Source: Hadesarchaea archaeon (GTDB lineage: Archaea; Hadarchaeota; Hadarchaeia; Hadarchaeales; Hadarchaeaceae). Taken from it: a stretch of DNA of 12,409 bases. The translations under genes were made by a program, and so were the position numbers. The stretch's first letter is position 1. Each line of letters starts with the position of its first letter. The notes beneath the pieces are model-generated. The model did no database searches and had not been told where the DNA came from. It was given only the letters and a program-made list of their open reading frames with translations. Positions 1 through 7,506 of this stretch are shown here, piece by piece. The stretch covers positions 1-12,409 of the forward strand of contig JAPDJH010000020.1 in NCBI GenBank assembly GCA_029259175.1, in the 5' to 3' direction.

Positions 1-126
1 AGGTAGCCCGAGGGGAACGAACGATTCCATAGAGCATCACCTCCTTGGAGTTGTTTCCCATCCCCTCGGGTCCTAGCCCCCAATCGTTCTATGAGGAGAG
101 ACCTAAAGCGTTATTTGAACAGCATC
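1..126 (-). mobile_element. 5' end of a multicopy element (probable insertion sequence), left copy, reading outward
   Basis: Bases 1-126 are the exact reverse complement of 12283-12408, and identity stops abruptly at AACAGCATC|. On the minus strand it has RBS GGAGGTG and an ATG at 30 starting MESFVPLGLP, which runs off the window. The IS identity is inferred because no transposase domain is visible. Confidence 0.65.
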
Positions 127-195
127 GTGTATCATATGAAAGTGTGTGTCTTTGGCTGGAAAAACCCGTGGCTCAGGCGCGCAAGGCGCACAGGA

Positions 196-392
196 CCGGT
201 CTTGGGCACCGTCCTAAAAGACCCGGCGGGAAGGCCTTTAGACGCAACCTTCTAGTAGTTGCCATGTATCCTGAGTCTCCTACAAGCCTCGCGATGAAAG
301 AAATCACCAAGCTTCTCTCCCTCAAGATACCTAAGGCTGATTTCAGACAGCGAATCGAGCGCGGTCTTGAGCGGATCGCCCGGACAAAATGA
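196..392 (+). pseudogene. C-terminal remnant of a MinD/ParA-family ATPase, frameshifted and 5'-truncated
   Basis: One frame gives PVLGTVLKDPA (196-228). A shift at about 229-230 continues KAFRRNLLVVAMYPESPTSLAMKEITKLL to TGA 390-392. Together these resemble the MinD C-terminal pattern PVLG.IPEDP.VR.A....P.V..YP.SP...A..EI. No P-loop is present. Confidence 0.5.
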
Positions 393-428
393 GCGAGCGT
401 GAAAACATTATTTTAAGGGCCTACGAGC

Positions 429-466
429 AAAAAGTTTTAGAAATCCTGTAGAAATGTGGGTGGAGG
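429..466 (+). promoter_or_regulatory. Putative BRE/TATA promoter and RBS of the Mo-hydroxylase operon
   Basis: A-rich run then TTTTAGAAA (435-443), and GGAGG (462-466) 6 nt before ATG 473. Confidence 0.45.
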
Positions 467-472
467 ATGTGA

Positions 473-1228
473 ATGGAATTCCTAAGGCCGAAAACAGTGG
501 AAGAGGCCGTGGAGCTGCTCGACCACCCGCACGCTCTCCCCGTAGCCGGAGGAACGGCTTTTCCCGGAAAGCCCAACGCTGAGCGTCTGGTCGATCTAAC
601 GTCTCTGGAGCTGAACTATGTGGAGGAGCGGCCCGATGGCTTCCACGTTGGGGCAACCACCACCATCGCCGAGCTGGAGCGCTCCCCCGTGGCTGAAATG
701 GCGGGCGGCTACATCCGGCAGGCCTGTGAATTTCTGGCCGACACTCCGCTTCGAAACATGATCACCGTTGGAGGAAACATCGCGTGCGGCCACCTCTGGG
801 CCCACCTGCCGCCCGTGCTGATGACGCTCGGAGCGCGAACCATCATAGCCGGAAAGCGAAAACGAGAACTCACCGTGTACGAGGTGGTCTCCGCGGGGCT
901 CCAGCGCGGGGAACTCATCCAGGAGGTGATCATCCCAAAACTCGGGGGACGCGGCGTGTTCAAAAAGTTCGCCCTCACGCGCACCGACTACGCGGCCGTG
1001 AGCGTGGCCGTTTACTGGGACGAGCTCGGGCGTCGTGTGGCGGTGGGAGGACTCGTCCGGCCACAACGGCTCGGCGATCTCGAAGGGCAAATCGACATCA
1101 CGCCCGAGCTCCTCGACAGAGCGGTGGACGAGCTGAATCCCGTGCCCCATCCGCACTTCGATCCCGAGTACCGGAAACACGTGCTCAAAGTGTTGCTCCA
1201 GCGGGCCATCGCGGAGGTGGAGCACTGA
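473..1228 (+). CDS. Xanthine dehydrogenase-family FAD-binding (medium) subunit, CoxM/YgfM-like
   Basis: 251 aa with N-terminal RPKTVEEA, AGGT, IGA-like VGATTT and RNMITVGGNI motifs. It has an RBS and is first in a coupled FAD/FeS/Mo operon. Confidence 0.92.
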   Translation: MEFLRPKTVEEAVELLDHPHALPVAGGTAFPGKPNAERLVDLTSLELNYVEERPDGFHVGATTTIAELERSPVAEMAGGYIRQACEFLADTPLRNMITVGGNIACGHLWAHLPPVLMTLGARTIIAGKRKRELTVYEVVSAGLQRGELIQEVIIPKLGGRGVFKKFALTRTDYAAVSVAVYWDELGRRVAVGGLVRPQRLGDLEGQIDITPELLDRAVDELNPVPHPHFDPEYRKHVLKVLLQRAIAEVEH

Positions 1229-1698
1229 TGGAGATTTGCTGCAAGATCAATGGGGAGGAACGCAAGCTGTGCTTTGAGCCCCACGAGCGTCTGCTACACG
1301 TGTTGCGCCGCCACGGCTATTACGAGGTGAAAGATGGGTGCAGCGAGGGGCACTGCGGCGTGTGCACGGTGCTCGTCGACGGCAAACCGGTTAAATCCTG
1401 TCTCATGTTTGCCGCTCAGGCCGAGGGAAAAGAAATCACCACCGCGCGGGGGCTCGGAAGCCCGGAGTCTCCGCACCCCATCCAGCAGGCCTTCGCAGAC
1501 GAGGGGGCGGTGCAATGCGGCTTCTGCACACCCGCCATGATCCTTTGCGCTCACCACCTCCTCCAGCGTGTGCCCGATCCAAGCGATAAAGAAATCCGCC
1601 GCGCCCTAGACGGCGTGCTGTGTCGCTGTACCGGCTATCAAAAAATCATAAAAGCCGTAAAAACGGCTGCTCAGCGCATTGGGGGTGAGGCCAAGTGA
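1228..1698 (+). CDS. Xanthine dehydrogenase-family 2x[2Fe-2S] (small) subunit, CoxS-like
   Basis: The true start is ATG 1228, in a TGATG overlap and preceded by GGAGGTGG. The 156-aa product has GCSEGHCGVCTVLVDG...SC, QCGFCTP and LCRCTGY motifs. Confidence 0.95.
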   Translation: MEICCKINGEERKLCFEPHERLLHVLRRHGYYEVKDGCSEGHCGVCTVLVDGKPVKSCLMFAAQAEGKEITTARGLGSPESPHPIQQAFADEGAVQCGFCTPAMILCAHHLLQRVPDPSDKEIRRALDGVLCRCTGYQKIIKAVKTAAQRIGGEAK

Positions 1699-4025
1699 AG
1701 GACTTCAAAGTCGTTGGAAAGCCCGTGCGCAAGATAGACGCTATACCGCTCGCCACCGGTCAGCCGCTCTTCACCGACGATGTGGACATGCCGGGGATGC
1801 TGCACGCACGCATATTGTGGTCGCCCTACGCACACGCTAGGATAAAGGATATCGACATTTCAGAGGCGGAGCGTCTCCCGGGTGTTCACGCCGTCCTGTG
1901 TTACAAAAACGTGCCGCGCGTTATGCACACGACAGCCGGACAGGCGTGGCCCGAGCCCTCCCCCTATGACACCGCGATGTTCGATCGAAAGGTTCGCTAT
2001 GTCGGGGATCGTGTCGCTGCGGTGGCCGCCGAAACGCCCGAGATCGCAGAGCGGGCTCTACAGCTCATCCGCGTGGAGTACGAGCCTCTGCCGGCGGTCT
2101 TGGATCCCGAAGAGGCGATAAAGGAAGGCGCGCCCGTGATCCACGACGAGCCCGACTGCAAGTACGTTCTGCCCATCCGCTGGGATCCGAAGCGCAACAT
2201 CGCTGCTCACGTGGAGCTCGAAACGGGAGATTTCGAGCGCGGCCTGAGAGAGGCGGAGGTAGTGGTGGAGGGGAAGTTCAGAACACATCAGGAGCAGCAC
2301 TGCTGTCTCGAGACCCACTCCTGCATCGCTTACGTCGACCCCGCCGGGCGGCTGGTGATCCGCACCAGCACCCAAGTGCCCTTTCACGTCAGGCGGATAG
2401 TGGCCCAGTGTCTCCAGATTCCGGAGCGCATGGTCCGCGTGGTCAAGCCGCGGATAGGCGGCGGGTTTGGAGGAAAGCAGAGCATGATAATCGAGGACGT
2501 CTGTGCCATGCTGGCATGGAGAACCAAGCGCCCCGTGCGCTTGGTGTACACCCGCCGCGAAGAGTTCATGTCTGCTCACGTCCGGCACGCCATGGTGTTG
2601 TGGGGCAAAATCGGGGCCAAGCGTGACGGCAGGCTGACCGCGATAGAACTCCGGGTGCTGAGCAATGCCGGTGCGTACGGCGCGCACGGGATGACGGTCG
2701 TTAACAACACCTGTGCGAAAACCCTCCCGCTCTTCCGCTGTGAGAACATCAGGTGGGTTGCCGATGTCGCGTACACCAACACCGTTCCCGGAGGGGCATA
2801 CCGTGGGTACGGCGTTACTCAGGGAATCTTTCCGATGGCGATCCTCATGGATGAACTTGCCGAACGCTTGGGAATGGATCCGGTAGACTTCTGGAAGCTC
2901 AACACGGTTCGTGAGGGCGATACCCACCCGATCTTTGAAAAGCTGGGTGAGGTCGGCAAGGGGGTAGCCATGCGGATCGAGAGCTGTTCGCTGCCCGAGT
3001 GCATAGACCGCGCGGCAGAGGTCTTCGAGTGGAAGAAGAAGCGCGCCGAGTATTCCAAGCCCCAGTCCGGCCCGGTGAGGCGGGGAGTTGGAATGGTGTG
3101 TGTAGCCCAGGGGGCGACCGTCCCCCTGATCGACATGGCTTCGGCGTCTGCCAAGATGAACGACGATGGTTCCTTCAACCTACTCATCGGGGCGACCGAT
3201 CTCGGGACGGGGGCAGACACTGTTCTCTCCCAGATCTTCGCGGAGACGCTGGACATACCGGTTGAAGACGTGATAGTGTACGCCGCGGACACCGATTTCA
3301 CGCCCTTCGACAAGGGAGCCTACGCGTCCAGCACCACCTACTGCTCGGGCATGGCGGTGCTCAAGACCGCCGAGGCGATAAAGCGCCAGATCCTCAAGGT
3401 CGCCTCCGAGATGCTCGGCGAGCCCGAGGAGAACCTCCGGGTCAGACAGAAGGGAGTGGAGTCCAAGCAGAGCGGGAAGCGGGTCGAGTTCCACGAGATC
3501 GCCAAGCACTCGATGTACGTGCGAAAACAGTTCCAGATCGCGGCCACCGAGTCGTTTGCGAGCCCCCTGCCGCCGCAGAGCTATTCCGCGCACTTCGTGG
3601 AGGTGGAAGTGGATGTGGAGACGGGGGAGGTGAGGGTGCCGCTCTACGTGGTGGCGGTCGACTGCGGGACTGCGATAAACCCGAAGCTGGCGGAGGGGCA
3701 GGCAGAGGGTGCGGTGCTCAACGGGATAAGCCATGCCCTGTACGAGCAATACGTGTGGGACGAGAGAGGCCGGATGCTGAACCCCAGCTTCGGCAGCTAC
3801 AGAATTGCGACCACTCTGGACGCGCCGGAGATCAAGACGATTCTGGTTCCGAGCTATGAGCCGTCGGGGCCGTATGGGGCAAAGTCGATTGGAGAGGTGT
3901 GTGTGAACGGGCCGCTCCCGGCGATTTCTAACGCAATCTATCATGCGGTCGGAATCAGGCTCAGAGAATCGCCCTTCACTCCGGATCGAGTCCTGCGCGC
4001 GCTCAAGGGAAAATCGAAGAGCTAG
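1695..4025 (+). CDS. Xanthine dehydrogenase-family molybdopterin-binding (large) subunit, XdhD-like
   Basis: 776 aa with a GTG start overlapping the upstream TGA. Motifs are STQVPF, GGGFGGKQ, AYRGYG, DLGTG, FDKGAYASSTT, GQAEG and GAKSIGE (catalytic Glu). Confidence 0.95.
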   Translation: MKDFKVVGKPVRKIDAIPLATGQPLFTDDVDMPGMLHARILWSPYAHARIKDIDISEAERLPGVHAVLCYKNVPRVMHTTAGQAWPEPSPYDTAMFDRKVRYVGDRVAAVAAETPEIAERALQLIRVEYEPLPAVLDPEEAIKEGAPVIHDEPDCKYVLPIRWDPKRNIAAHVELETGDFERGLREAEVVVEGKFRTHQEQHCCLETHSCIAYVDPAGRLVIRTSTQVPFHVRRIVAQCLQIPERMVRVVKPRIGGGFGGKQSMIIEDVCAMLAWRTKRPVRLVYTRREEFMSAHVRHAMVLWGKIGAKRDGRLTAIELRVLSNAGAYGAHGMTVVNNTCAKTLPLFRCENIRWVADVAYTNTVPGGAYRGYGVTQGIFPMAILMDELAERLGMDPVDFWKLNTVREGDTHPIFEKLGEVGKGVAMRIESCSLPECIDRAAEVFEWKKKRAEYSKPQSGPVRRGVGMVCVAQGATVPLIDMASASAKMNDDGSFNLLIGATDLGTGADTVLSQIFAETLDIPVEDVIVYAADTDFTPFDKGAYASSTTYCSGMAVLKTAEAIKRQILKVASEMLGEPEENLRVRQKGVESKQSGKRVEFHEIAKHSMYVRKQFQIAATESFASPLPPQSYSAHFVEVEVDVETGEVRVPLYVVAVDCGTAINPKLAEGQAEGAVLNGISHALYEQYVWDERGRMLNPSFGSYRIATTLDAPEIKTILVPSYEPSGPYGAKSIGEVCVNGPLPAISNAIYHAVGIRLRESPFTPDRVLRALKGKSKS

Positions 4026-4045
4026 GAAGACTCGGGATAAAGAAG

Positions 4046-4330
4046 GACTACGATAAATCGGAGAGTTCAAGCGAACGAATTTTTCAAGGAAAACTGCCGA
4101 ACTCGCATGCCCCCAAGACTACGATAAATCGTAGAGTTGACGAGGCGGACATTGGACTACGATGAATCGTAGTTGGTGCCGATTCTATGCGTTCTCCCTT
4201 TGCGATTGTGATGTTGCGGAGCCCTACGATAAATCGTAGTGTGTCGATCTCGAGCCGCGGGGACTACGATAAATCGTAGAGTTCCATCAACAAGCCCGCC
4301 AGCATCCAGACTACGATAAATCGTAGACTT
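4046..4330. repeat. Array of six co-oriented palindromic repeats, consensus RGACTACGATAAATCGTAGAGTT, with unique linkers
   Basis: The 16-nt core CTACGAT-(A/G)A-ATCGTAG starts at 4048 (one mismatch), 4119, 4157 (GA loop), 4224, 4264 and 4311. The array lies between two convergent stop codons. Confidence 0.95.
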
Positions 4331-4345
4331 CCAAGCCAAAAATCA

Positions 4346-6286
4346 TTAGGCCCGCGTCCCGCCGCTGGGATAGCGATCCAGCGACCAGTAAGGCGGTCCG
4401 TCCCAGTCCGGATACGGCATCCCGCGCTCGAGTTCGTCGGCCACCCGCTTCAGCCCAAGGCTTTCCAGCTTCGCTCTCGTCGGAGCTGCAGTGTTCCAGT
4501 CCCAGCCGCGAACCTGATAGTACTTGGAGAGAAGCTCCTCGTGCTTTCGGATTTCTTCCTCCGCCTCCTTCGTCCCCTTCAGGTTTGGTCTCAGCACCAA
4601 GCGATCGTCCTTGCGCTTTATGCCCTGCCGCACCAGAAACGCCCGCTCCACCGCATATATCCGCTCCACCGCGTCCGTGATATCCTGCGACTTAAACTCA
4701 ACACCCGTCAGAGCCGTCAAGAGCTTGGCGACCCCGTCCCAGAGCGGATAGCGGTGGATGAGCGGGACCGCAGCAGCCCAGTTGTTCACGCTTCCCTTGC
4801 AACGGCCGATCGAGTCGGCGAGAGTGCAGGCGTTCTCGGAGAGCACCAGAGCCAAGACCGGATCATCCGGGATGTAACCCTTGGCCTTCAACTCCGGGAA
4901 GATCTGGGGGTCGTTCTCGCCAAAGGCCCAGCTGCGCCCCCGCAGGTGATCCGCCCCCCGAGTCGAAGTCGCGTGGGCGAGTGTGAACACTCCCACGGGA
5001 TAGTCGGAAGGACCGCGGCACGTTCCCTTCACGTGATAACAGTAATCCATGGCCTTTGGCCCGTACCGCTTCGCAACAGCATACATCCCCTCCGCCAGCA
5101 AGCTGGCGAACTTGCCCTCTCGCAGCGCGATTCGGTGAATGAGCTCGATCTGATCATCGGTGGCTTCCCATTCGAGCGAGACGCCGTCCGTATCACGCTC
5201 GGAAATTATACCGCGATGATAGAGCTCCTTGGCGAACGCGATCACGTTGCCCAGAGGAATTGTACACATACCGTACTTGTCCGCGAGGTTGCCCATCACC
5301 ATTATCGCTATCGGATCCGTTATCCCGCAGTTGGTTCCGCAGCAGAAGATCGTCTCGTACTCCAGCGCGACCCCGACCTCATCCTTGTACTTGCCCTCCG
5401 GAATGCGATACACATCGCGACAGCTCACAACACATCCATAACACGCCGCGCGCTTTAACTCGTAGCGCTTCCATCCCTTGGGAGTGATGTCGGGCGGCAC
5501 ATCCTTCTCGGACAAGTATTTGGAGAAGTAGCGGTAGCCGGGCCACCACCGGATGACCCCTAGGTGGGTGCCGTACTCGGCGATCTCGCGCTGGGTCGGG
5601 TCGCGCAGAAAGAACTGGTTGTCCTCCATTGCAAGCCTGCGGAACTCCTCCTCGTTAGCCGCCTCTACCCGCTTGGTTCCGCGGACTGTGATGGCTTTCA
5701 GCCGCTTCGAACCGAGCACGGCGCCGCTTCCGCGAGCTGCCGTGAAGTGGCGGTCGAACACCGTGCAGGCAAAACGAACAAGATTTTCACCGGCTTGGCC
5801 AATAGAGCACACCCAGAAGTCCTTCCCGTGGATCTCCTTGAGCATGTCGGTGGTTTCCCAGGTGGTGCGGCCCCAGAGGTCAGAAGCATCGCGGAGTTCC
5901 ACATCGTCGTCATCGATGAGCAGGTACACGGGTTTGCTCGCGCGCCCAGTCACGATTATCTGGTCGTAGCCCGCGCGCTTCATGAAGGTCGGGAAGAATC
6001 CGCCAGCATTGCCATCTCCCAAGATGTATGTGAGTGGGGAGAGGGTGCTCACCTCTATACGGCCAGAACTCGTGAGCATGGTTCCGGTGAATGGGCCGAC
6101 AGCAAGACACAGCACATTCTCCGGGGAAAGGGGATCAATTCCTGGCTTGATCTCCTCAAAAAGGACTTTGGAGTTCAAGCCGCGGCCACCTAGGTACTCT
6201 TTTGCCACTTTCAGATCCAGTGGCTGCTTGACGACTTTCTCGCGGCTCAGATCCACTCGCAAGACTGTTCCAGCCCAGCCTTTCAT
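4346..6286 (-). CDS. Aldehyde:ferredoxin oxidoreductase family (tungstopterin, [4Fe-4S])
   Basis: 646 aa with GWAGTVLRVDLS, LGGRGL, SIGQAGEN, GAVLGSKRLKAI, CYGCVVSC (CxxCxxxC), EYET, RGADH, DSIGRC and YYQVRGWD motifs. Confidence 0.95.
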   Translation of the reverse strand: MKGWAGTVLRVDLSREKVVKQPLDLKVAKEYLGGRGLNSKVLFEEIKPGIDPLSPENVLCLAVGPFTGTMLTSSGRIEVSTLSPLTYILGDGNAGGFFPTFMKRAGYDQIIVTGRASKPVYLLIDDDDVELRDASDLWGRTTWETTDMLKEIHGKDFWVCSIGQAGENLVRFACTVFDRHFTAARGSGAVLGSKRLKAITVRGTKRVEAANEEEFRRLAMEDNQFFLRDPTQREIAEYGTHLGVIRWWPGYRYFSKYLSEKDVPPDITPKGWKRYELKRAACYGCVVSCRDVYRIPEGKYKDEVGVALEYETIFCCGTNCGITDPIAIMVMGNLADKYGMCTIPLGNVIAFAKELYHRGIISERDTDGVSLEWEATDDQIELIHRIALREGKFASLLAEGMYAVAKRYGPKAMDYCYHVKGTCRGPSDYPVGVFTLAHATSTRGADHLRGRSWAFGENDPQIFPELKAKGYIPDDPVLALVLSENACTLADSIGRCKGSVNNWAAAVPLIHRYPLWDGVAKLLTALTGVEFKSQDITDAVERIYAVERAFLVRQGIKRKDDRLVLRPNLKGTKEAEEEIRKHEELLSKYYQVRGWDWNTAAPTRAKLESLGLKRVADELERGMPYPDWDGPPYWSLDRYPSGGTRA

Positions 6287-6310
6287 GAAAACCCCAGTCG
6301 CTTACACCCG

Positions 6311-6330
6311 AAAATATAAAAATATTTTTT
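6311..6330 (-). promoter_or_regulatory. Putative TATA/BRE promoter of the AOR-family gene
   Basis: The minus strand reads AAAAAATATTTTTATATTTT about 30 nt upstream of ATG 6286. Confidence 0.55.
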
Positions 6331-6442
6331 GAGGTGGCCAAAAGCACACGAGGACCAGCGCAAGCGAACTGCCGGCATCGCCATAAGCGCCCATCGTGCT
6401 CCTTGCCGACCGCCTTATACGTGTGCGGCCCCTACACATATT

Positions 6443-6886
6443 GTGATCGACAAAGCCTTCGTTGCCGGATATGCCATCTTCGTGTGCGTGTTATGGTCAG
6501 CCCTATTGCTCCTGCTGGGTAGAAAGCTGGACGCCCGCTTCACCCGGCCCGTGCTCTACGGGGCCCTCTTCGCACTAATCACCCAGTTCCTGTTCGGAGC
6601 AGGGATTGTGGGTCTCTTTCTCGGGGGTGTGATTGCGGGCTACGCGGTCGCCGGAATCGCGCCGTCAAGCCTCACCAGACTACGGAGCGGCACTCTAGCT
6701 GGTCTCATCGCGGACGCCAGTTTTTTGTTGGCCGTTGCGCTCTACCTCGCCGCCAACTTCCCCGATGTGTCCACACCCTTTGTGGGGCTGTGCTCCACCA
6801 CGCTCGTTTTGCTCGTAAGAGACCTGCTGATAGCGGGCTTGGGGGCCGTGGTGGGCGGACTCCTGAAAACTCCTTCACCCAAATAA
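6443..6886 (+). CDS. Small integral membrane protein (about 4-5 TM helices, Gly-rich, DUF5518-like pattern)
   Basis: Hydrophobic ORF containing GLFLGGVIAGY and LIAGLGAVVGGLL. GTG 6443 is preferred over 6329 because TTATA at 6415-6419 lies about 25 nt upstream (leaderless geometry) and the longer N-terminus is hydrophilic. Confidence 0.75.
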   Translation: MIDKAFVAGYAIFVCVLWSALLLLLGRKLDARFTRPVLYGALFALITQFLFGAGIVGLFLGGVIAGYAVAGIAPSSLTRLRSGTLAGLIADASFLLAVALYLAANFPDVSTPFVGLCSTTLVLLVRDLLIAGLGAVVGGLLKTPSPK

Positions 6887-6900
6887 AGAAGCTTTATACA
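6886..6900 (+). promoter_or_regulatory. BRE/TATA promoter of the tRNA
   Basis: Purine-rich AAGAAG followed by C-TTTATA (6893-6898), about 28 nt before the tRNA 5' end. Confidence 0.7.
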
Positions 6901-6925
6901 TCACTCATTCCAAAGAATGAAACGG

Positions 6926-7003
6926 AGCGGGGTGGGGCAGCGTGGAGTGCCCGCCGGGCTCATAACCCGGAGGTCGGAGGTTCAAGTCCTCCCCCCGCTA
7001 CCA
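6926..7003 (+). tRNA. Initiator tRNA-Met (CAT), intronless, CCA encoded
   Basis: Acceptor stem AGCGGGG/CCCCGCT (A1-U72). Anticodon stem CCGGG/CCCGG has three consecutive G-C pairs around CTCATAA. T arm GGAGG-TTCAAGT-CCTCC, ending ACCA. Confidence 0.97.
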
Positions 7004-7066
7004 TTCGAAACAGCATCCCCAGAAGCGCTCCGTCCATCCGCACTTTTGAAGACCGGAATAGCTTTA

Positions 7067-7406
7067 TCAACGTGCAAGCCGGCACAAGAACTTCGGCACG
7101 TCTTCTTTCTCCAGCACCTTCACCCCGCGCGGATACCGCCGATGGGGTTTTCCAGCCTTGATCTCGACTTTTAAGTTGCCCGCAACACAGTCTATCTCGA
7201 GTTTGTTCCGCCAATAAAACACTTCGCCAAACTGATGCAAGAGATGCTCCTGCACCACCCACTCGTAAAGCAAACACGTGTTCGGCTCCAGTCCGAAAAT
7301 CGATGAATACGTCCGAGCTACAAAAGGATCTCATGAAAATCTTCTTTTCTTTCCTGAAGTTTACTCTCTGGCCAGCTTTGTGATATGCCACGCCAACAAT
7401 TTGTAT
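7067..7406 (-). pseudogene. C-terminal remnant of an AAA+ ATPase with DUF4143 (PD-(D/E)xK-like) domain, frameshifted
   Basis: IQIVGVAYHKAGQRVNFRKEKKIFMR (7406-7329) joins, after a shift at about 7330, DPFVARTYSSIFGLEPNTCLLYEWVVQEHL...FYWRNKLEIDCV...VEIKAG. This gives the KIFxxDP, LYExxV, YWR..EID and EIK motifs. An in-frame TAA lies at 7409-7407 and there is no ATPase domain. Confidence 0.75.
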
Positions 7407-7506
7407 TTAAATAATCGACACTTTACTGTCAACCATGAACAACGCCCACCCGGCTTGGACCGGCATACCCCAATTCCTTTAACTTTCCTCGCCCTAGTGA
7501 AAGTGC

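Noticed and set aside
45-392. 115-aa ORF as an intact gene
   Set aside because: It starts inside the repeat on its antisense strand. Only the 3' part looks protein-like and is treated as a pseudogene remnant.
784-1227. N-terminal extension of the [2Fe-2S] subunit (304-aa ORF)
   Set aside because: It is an Arg-rich off-frame overlap of the FAD gene. The real start is ATG 1228 with an RBS.
1695-4025. Aerobic CO dehydrogenase (coxMSL)
   Set aside because: The gene order matches, but the active-site loop is AYRGYG rather than AYxCSFR (form I) or AYxGAGR (form II).
4068-4108. Similarity of the first array linker (CAAGCGAAC, AACTGCCG) to 6361-6374
   Set aside because: The matches are only 8-9 nt and discontinuous, which is compatible with chance.
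4046-4330. Canonical CRISPR array
   Set aside because: Unit lengths are very irregular (38-71 nt), the conserved part is only 16-23 nt, and there is no GAAA(C/G)-type 3' end, AT-rich leader or cas gene in the window.
4157-4339. 60-aa ORF across the repeat array
   Set aside because: The repeats fall in different frames and there is no clear RBS. The region is better explained as non-coding.
6790-7174. ORFs overlapping the tRNA
   Set aside because: They are spurious translations through the tRNA-Met gene.
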